Made by a program: the position numbers and the translations under genes
In this document: in pieces, positions 58,465-64,000 of the stretch
How positions within the stretch are numbered: the stretch's first letter is position 1
Layout: every line of letters begins with the position of its first letter
The notes under the pieces: model-generated
What the model was told of the DNA's origin: nothing
Database searches by the model: none
Seen by the model: only the letters and a program-made list of their open reading frames with translations
Origin: an uncultured Gammaproteobacteria bacterium
GTDB taxonomy: Bacteria > Cyanobacteriota > Vampirovibrionia > Gastranaerophilales > CAJFVJ01
DNA: 64,000 bases
Direction of reading: 5' to 3'
NCBI GenBank assembly: GCA_964444415.1
Contig: CAYUHE010000001.1
Span: forward strand, 71,150 to 135,149

Positions 58465-60321
58465 TTAAACCCTGTAATCCACTAACCCTGAATCTTGTGC
58501 CGCTTCATTCGGCTGTTGTTCTTCTTGTATATCTTGATTAATTTCACTTTTAGCTGATTGATTATTTTTTTCATCCCCCCAAGAATCCTTATCTGAATTC
58601 TGCGCATTACCTTGAGAAAAATCTTTCGGGTTTTGCTCTTGAGCAAATTGCATATTATGTTCTGAACGATTTGGTTCTTCAAGCTTAACGACCAAATTCG
58701 CACAAATTACGCCTTGTTGTCGCAAAGTCTCTTTTAAATCTTGTATATTTTTGTTTAAAGAATCTACGGCTTCTTGTGTTTCTGCCTTAAATTCAGCGCT
58801 TATAGTCCCTTTTTCATTCATAATATTAAGAGTTACTTTGCCCAAACTTTCAGGTTTCAAAATCATTGTAACTTCTGATTTATTAGCAGAAATATTTCCT
58901 TGAATATTTTTCATAACCTGATCGAACACATTTTTTTCAAGCATATTATTAGTATTTGCCAGCTGAGGCAAATTGTTCATTTGCAAATTGCCTTGCATAT
59001 GATTTTTAGATGTGTCCAAAGTTATACTAGAAGCCATAATACTGGCTTTCAATTGAGCCTGAGCATCTTGATGTGCCTGAGCGAACTCTTGTCCAAAGTT
59101 TTGTCCGAAGTTTTGCCCAAAATTTTGATTATTCATAGCTGCATTTTTGAAATCCGCTTGAGCTTTAGCATCGGTTTTTTCATCAGGCACAGCATTATGC
59201 TTAGCAGCTGTATCAACTTTTTTAATAATATCTTTGTTTAAAAGCTTATCCAATTCATTAACAGTTCCCAGGTTCTCACTTACAACATTAGCTGCAAGCC
59301 TCTCCATGCTTACTTTATTTTGAATATTTTCTTCAGCAACAGTTTCCGGCTTTTTATTTGCCTCCAAATTCGCTACTGAATTATCTTTTTCTTTTTTGGC
59401 TTCTTGATATTTTGTTTTCACTTCAAGTTTTTCGATTTTTACATCTTTCAAATCGACATTGATTTTTGGCGTTAAAGCCTCACCTGTAGCTAATTTTGGA
59501 ATATTTTCAAGTTCTGTAGATTTGACACTTACCAGCAACTTTTCTGTCGAAACATCTTTTTCTTCAACTTCTTTTGATTTAGTAGCTGAAAGTTTTATTT
59601 CTTTTTCATTTTTGCCATTTTTTTCTGAATTTTTGCTTTTAACTTCTTGCATATTGCTCATCATCGCCAAAACTTGAGCTTCAACTTCTAAGTTTTGAAG
59701 ATTGTCGACTAATACCTCAGTGCTTCCTTCTTCTGCTTTAACTTCAGCCTTTTCAGCTTTTTCTGACTCGTCTGAAGTTTTTTCTTTTGCTTCTTTTTTT
59801 GAACTCTCTTTAGATTCTTTTGAAATTTTTGTCTGTTCAATTTTTTCTGAAGTCTCTGGAGTTTTTTCTTTTACTTCATTTTTTGGTGTTTCTTTAGAAG
59901 TATGTTGGACTTGCTGTTGTTGTGCTTGTCCTGCAATAGAATTCACTCTAGGAGCTTCTTGAGATTTGGTTTCTGCTCTGTTTATATTTTGTTCAGACGA
60001 AGTCTCTTTAAAAAGTTCATGTTTTTTAGGTTGTTCATTAGCGCTTGCACTAGTATTATAAGATTGTGAATAATACTTATCATCAGACATTTTCGAAGCA
60101 GTATCAGACATGAAATTGCTTGTACTTGAGCCATTTGAAAACATTTGTTTATAATCAAATTGATTTTGGAATTGCGTATCAAACTGATTATTAAAAATAC
60201 TTGTAAATTGTTTAGAAATAGTTGAGAAATTTTGAGTCGTAAATTCGTCTTTTTTTGCGAATTTTTCTGTATCGACTCCGCCGCTTAATTTATTCAACAT
60301 TTCATTCATTCCGATGGTCAT
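58465..60321 (-). CDS. fliK: Flagellar hook-length control protein
   Basis: Long low-complexity N-region; C-terminal LKPESLGKV...L..TL.QQG domain; upstream of flgD. Confidence 0.88.
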   Translation of the reverse strand: MTIGMNEMLNKLSGGVDTEKFAKKDEFTTQNFSTISKQFTSIFNNQFDTQFQNQFDYKQMFSNGSSTSNFMSDTASKMSDDKYYSQSYNTSASANEQPKKHELFKETSSEQNINRAETKSQEAPRVNSIAGQAQQQQVQHTSKETPKNEVKEKTPETSEKIEQTKISKESKESSKKEAKEKTSDESEKAEKAEVKAEEGSTEVLVDNLQNLEVEAQVLAMMSNMQEVKSKNSEKNGKNEKEIKLSATKSKEVEEKDVSTEKLLVSVKSTELENIPKLATGEALTPKINVDLKDVKIEKLEVKTKYQEAKKEKDNSVANLEANKKPETVAEENIQNKVSMERLAANVVSENLGTVNELDKLLNKDIIKKVDTAAKHNAVPDEKTDAKAQADFKNAAMNNQNFGQNFGQNFGQEFAQAHQDAQAQLKASIMASSITLDTSKNHMQGNLQMNNLPQLANTNNMLEKNVFDQVMKNIQGNISANKSEVTMILKPESLGKVTLNIMNEKGTISAEFKAETQEAVDSLNKNIQDLKETLRQQGVICANLVVKLEEPNRSEHNMQFAQEQNPKDFSQGNAQNSDKDSWGDEKNNQSAKSEINQDIQEEQQPNEAAQDSGLVDYRV

Positions 60322-60786
60322 TTAGTTAACCTTTTCCCTAATGTCTAGTCTAAATCGAGCCTGGGTAACATCTTCCAGTTCTTTTTGTTCTTGGAATTGA
60401 AACTCTATAAGAAATTCGTGATAATGTTTTTCTTTCAGCTTCTCTAACATTTTTGCAGCTTTCAAGGCTTCAATTACCTCTTGTTGTTTCAGCTCTAGCT
60501 CTTGCTCCGTATCGGCAATTATCTTGTGCTGATTTTGGATATCAACGGATAATTTTTCGATATAATCCTGATGGATTTTGATAGTAGTGAAATCAATACT
60601 TACGTTTTGACTTAATATACCATCCAGAGACAATCTTGTTTGGTCTTGCTTTTGAATAAAATTCTCCAGCTCGTCCGTTTGTCTTTTCAATAAGGCTTGT
60701 ACTTTTGACATCTCGAGTTGTTTATCCTCGAGCTCTTTTTGACGTTTATCAAGTACAATTTGAAGTTTAAATTTAAATTTTTTCAC
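60322..60786 (-). CDS. fliJ: Flagellar export protein FliJ
   Basis: KFKFKLQIVL.., coiled coil, LEKLKEK...EQKELED. Confidence 0.88.
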   Translation of the reverse strand: MKKFKFKLQIVLDKRQKELEDKQLEMSKVQALLKRQTDELENFIQKQDQTRLSLDGILSQNVSIDFTTIKIHQDYIEKLSVDIQNQHKIIADTEQELELKQQEVIEALKAAKMLEKLKEKHYHEFLIEFQFQEQKELEDVTQARFRLDIREKVN

Positions 60787-60966
60787 TTCAACCTCTGTCC
60801 CACCAAAGCTTATAAAAAGCTATATATGAAGATTACAACATGTTTTAAGTTCCCTCATCCTCTAAAAAGACCATTTCGAGTTTTTTTATTAAAGCCAAAA
60901 AAAGCTTGTCTTTTCTAGCTGCTAAGATATAAAATAGTTTAAAGACTACTTTTAAAAAGGACTTTT

Positions 60967-61305
60967 ATGTATAAAGAAGATTGTATTTTTTGCAAAATTG
61001 CCCAAAAACAAATCCCTTCTGGAATAGTTTTTGAGGATGAAAATATCCTTGCATTCAAAGATATTGCACCAAAAGCGCCGACTCATATCTTGGTCATCCC
61101 AAAAGCCCACTACGAAACCTTATCCGATGTAGATGATGAAATATTGCTCGGCAAACTTTTAGCGGCAGTACAAAAAATCACTAAACAACTTGGCATAGAG
61201 CACTACCGAACTGTAATCAATAACGGTTCAGGCTCAGGACAAGAAGTTTTTCATGTACACTTGCATATTCTCGCAGGTCGAAAACTTACTTGGCCACCGG
61301 GGTAA
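60967..61305 (+). CDS. hinT: Histidine triad nucleotide-binding protein (HinT/PKCI-like)
   Basis: CIFCKI, FKDIAPKAPTHILVIPK, GQEVFHVHLHILAGR...WPPG. Confidence 0.93.
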   Translation: MYKEDCIFCKIAQKQIPSGIVFEDENILAFKDIAPKAPTHILVIPKAHYETLSDVDDEILLGKLLAAVQKITKQLGIEHYRTVINNGSGSGQEVFHVHLHILAGRKLTWPPG

Positions 61306-61309
61306 ATAC

Positions 61310-61335
61310 GTCATTCTGAACTTGATTCAGAATCT
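61310..61335 (+). repeat. REP-like 26-bp palindrome
   Basis: GTCAT TCTGAA cttga TTCAGA ATCT; stem covaries with the 32510 copy. Confidence 0.65.
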
Positions 61336-61513
61336 TGCCATTCCTCACCTACGCGGTGGGCGGAAACTTTTTGCCTAAAAAGTTTCATAAAAATGCTCGC
61401 CTGTTATCGTTCATACCTTTCTAAGCTCATCTCGCTAGGCTCGCCAAGCAGTTCTCGCCTCCCTTCCCCTCCATCAGAGGGGAGGGCGCTCGATTTCGCT
61501 AAAAAATGTTTAT

Positions 61514-62305
61514 TCACTTGCCACAAGGCGAGGTTATACCCATATCTTCTTTTATACATTTTTCGTTATATGCAAATAATGGTATATCATACAAATCACC
61601 AAAATTTTCATATATAACTTTTGATGCCTTTAAAAAATCATTCGGCAACTTTATTCCTAGTTCTTTGGCAGAAGATTTTACTCTTTCATCTGGAACACAA
61701 CAATATGCCCCTTCAATATTTGGGTATATTTTTTGACATCTCAATTCTCGAAGTATTAACGGTATTTTTATACGCATTGATTTATCTTTAGTTCCCAGCC
61801 CTTTAATTTGCCTAATATAATCAATAAAAATAATATAATCTGATTTTTGATTAGATTCTAGTAATTTTTCTTTTATTTCATGCCATTGTCTTGCAATAAC
61901 ACCAACACTTAAATAAAAATCTTTTCTAAAACTTACCTTTTTTCTAGATTCTATGCCTGTATATTCTTTAATTATTGAATGAGCATTATATTCTTTTTGA
62001 CATATCTCTTCCCCTATAAAATCTTGATTTAACCACAATTCTATGTCGGATTTATTAGCAAATTTTAGATATGCAGTAAAATATGCAGCATTTTCCCAAG
62101 GGCCTGTTTTTGACCAAGCTGAAGCTAAAACAAATAATAAAAATAAATCTTCTTCTTTGCTTAAATCCAATCTCATTTGCTCATTATTAGAATTTTTAAG
62201 GTTAAAATTATCAACCCAACCCTTATAGTCATTATTGTCATCAAGATTTACATAAGGCAGATAATCTTTATTTTTTATTACTGCATCTATCAATAGTTGC
62301 TTCAT
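61514..62305 (-). CDS. Hypothetical protein with possible HhH-GPD (DNA glycosylase-like) motif
   Basis: IKGLG...KIPLILREL...CCVPDERVK...YDIPLF; AT-rich. Confidence 0.55.
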   Translation of the reverse strand: MKQLLIDAVIKNKDYLPYVNLDDNNDYKGWVDNFNLKNSNNEQMRLDLSKEEDLFLLFVLASAWSKTGPWENAAYFTAYLKFANKSDIELWLNQDFIGEEICQKEYNAHSIIKEYTGIESRKKVSFRKDFYLSVGVIARQWHEIKEKLLESNQKSDYIIFIDYIRQIKGLGTKDKSMRIKIPLILRELRCQKIYPNIEGAYCCVPDERVKSSAKELGIKLPNDFLKASKVIYENFGDLYDIPLFAYNEKCIKEDMGITSPCGK

Positions 62306-63253
62306 TTACTCTGCAAATCTCTCTTCTGCCAATAAAACCGCACCCATCATGCCGGCGAGATTCCCTGCCTGTGCACGAAGAAGTTTGATTTTTGTTGAAG
62401 CAACAAGTTCTTTTGCCAACTGGTTTTCCATTTTTTTAAGATCGATGCAATCCACCATGCCACCAGAGATTACAATACTTTCAGGGTCAAAAATATTCCC
62501 AAGAGCAATAAGCCCTTTCAAAACAAGATTTTCCCATCTTTCATGAATTCTCTGACAAAGTTTATCACCTTGTTTTTTGCCCTCGATAACATCAAATGAC
62601 GTGATTTCATCGATATTTTTGTCTTTCAAAAACCCTCTGTCACGAGGAGGAACATCAAGAGCCATTTCTTTAGCATTAATTGCGTAGCCAGTACCTGAGG
62701 CATAAGCTTCCCAACAATCAAAACTACCGCAAGTACATTGACGTTTCGGTTCCTCAGAAAGCTGCATATGACCGACTTCTGCGGCCACACCTGATTTTCC
62801 CTTCAAAAGATGTCCGTCGATGATTACTCCACCTCCGATACCTGTTCCGAGAGTAATAGTAATTGTGTTTTGATGCCCTTTTGCAGCACCGATTTTGTAT
62901 TCTGCATAAGCCGCTGCGTTTGCATCATTTTCAAGCAAAACATCCAACCCGAATTGGCTGGTCAAAACATCCTTAAAATCAATAGTGCTATAACCTTCAG
63001 GCATATTCCCTGTTGAACCCAAAACCTTTGTGCCTTCTTTATTCACCGCCCCTGCTGTTGCGATGCCGACAATCTTACATTCGGGATATTTTGCAAGAAT
63101 TTTTTCGACACTCCCTATAATTAAATTCAAAAGTTCTTCTTTTGTGTCAGGGGTCGAAAATTTGAACGGTTCCGCCACAATTTTGCCGTCTTTTATAACT
63201 GCTATATAAATTTTTGTTCCGCCAATATCAATACCTATTGCTGTTTTTGTCAT
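62306..63253 (-). CDS. ROK-family sugar kinase (glucokinase-like)
   Basis: GIDIGGTK, ENDANAAAYAE, TLGTGIGGG, EVGH, CTCG...CWEAYASG. Confidence 0.93.
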   Translation of the reverse strand: MTKTAIGIDIGGTKIYIAVIKDGKIVAEPFKFSTPDTKEELLNLIIGSVEKILAKYPECKIVGIATAGAVNKEGTKVLGSTGNMPEGYSTIDFKDVLTSQFGLDVLLENDANAAAYAEYKIGAAKGHQNTITITLGTGIGGGVIIDGHLLKGKSGVAAEVGHMQLSEEPKRQCTCGSFDCWEAYASGTGYAINAKEMALDVPPRDRGFLKDKNIDEITSFDVIEGKKQGDKLCQRIHERWENLVLKGLIALGNIFDPESIVISGGMVDCIDLKKMENQLAKELVASTKIKLLRAQAGNLAGMMGAVLLAEERFAE

Positions 63254-63255
63254 AA

Positions 63256-63966
63256 CTATTCCTTTATTTCTTGTTGTTGTAAAAGTGCTTCTTTTTCTTG
63301 TTCTTCTAATTGTTTGACTTCATCAGTATTATCTATCAATCCGGCCAAATCACAGATTTGAGCCTTCCATTCTTCCATAATTTCGTCCACTTCTTTTTCA
63401 TAAGAAATAATTTTGCCGATTTTGACTGTCATATCCCCTTCAAAAGGTCTTTTAGCAATTATAAAGTCTTTCATAATTATGCCGACAGGCAATATATCTG
63501 TTTTGGTCAATTTTGCAAGTGTAATAAATCCTTTATTGACTTTATTAAGCTTGCCGTTACGGCGACGCCCTCCCTGAGGGAAAAGTGCCATAGTCCAATG
63601 TTTATTTGCAAGAACGACTTTTGCTGTTTTAATCGTTGAAACTTCAAGTTTGTCTCTATCAACAGCAAAAGCACCAAGCCACCAAATGACAAGGTCGAGA
63701 AAACGAATATCAAAAAGCTCTTTTTTTGCCATAAAAGCTACGGTTTTACCAATAATGGCCGAAATAACAGGTGGGTCTAGAAGAGATAAATGGTTTGCTG
63801 CAACCAAAATTGAACGGTCTTTAGGTACATTCTCCTGCCCTTCGACCTTAAGCTTGTACATTATTTTATAAAACGGCAAAAACAGAAATAGCGCACAAAA
63901 TTTCTGGAAAAAAGTTGAAAAAAATGTGTAGTCCTTAGCTTCTCTCTTGGAAATGTTTTTAATCAT
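63256..63966 (-). CDS. plsC: 1-acyl-sn-glycerol-3-phosphate acyltransferase
   Basis: NHLSLLDP, FMAKKELF, GAFAVDR, FPQGGR. Confidence 0.88.
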   Translation of the reverse strand: MIKNISKREAKDYTFFSTFFQKFCALFLFLPFYKIMYKLKVEGQENVPKDRSILVAANHLSLLDPPVISAIIGKTVAFMAKKELFDIRFLDLVIWWLGAFAVDRDKLEVSTIKTAKVVLANKHWTMALFPQGGRRRNGKLNKVNKGFITLAKLTKTDILPVGIIMKDFIIAKRPFEGDMTVKIGKIISYEKEVDEIMEEWKAQICDLAGLIDNTDEVKQLEEQEKEALLQQQEIKE

Positions 63967-64000
63967 ACTACCTTCTGTAAATTTTCTCTTTTTGGTAATT

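Overview
AT-rich bacterial chromosomal segment. The mix of cyanobacteria-like housekeeping genes, flagellar genes and lineage-specific hypothetical proteins suggests a non-photosynthetic cyanobacterial relative (Vampirovibrionia/Melainabacteria, Gastranaerophilales-like); this taxonomy is inference. Most genes are housekeeping: trmFO, smc-scpA-scpB, prmC, nagA, fused hisA-hisI-hisE, hisD, apt, ald, typA, a sigma70, a polar amino-acid ABC transporter, rimM-trmD, glcD/F-like, pepP, pepA, sucCD, fliJ-fliK-flgD-flgE, flagellin, ROK kinase and plsC. No rRNA, tRNA, CRISPR array, prophage or intact transposase was seen. The strongest unexplained signal is a set of six scattered non-housekeeping proteins with a shared disordered, non-Sec N-terminal leader (M-x(0-1)-[IV]-x(1-2)-[IL] ... 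[VIPLT]-[NSTQ]-F-x-[GST] or F-G) placed just before very different cargos. The cargos are a two-gene membrane pair A+B (5071-6476) that recurs as one A-B fusion with a motif before each half (15382-16773), a membrane-tailed glycogen-synthase-like enzyme with an adjacent cargo-less copy of its leader and tail (42818-45996), and a split HNH nuclease with four novel helical repeats (52171-54705). Together they look like a modular export/processing system, possibly substrates of the flagellar type III pathway. The intergenic DNA also holds a dispersed hairpin family with fixed flanks and variable stems, REP-like palindromes and a candidate sRNA.
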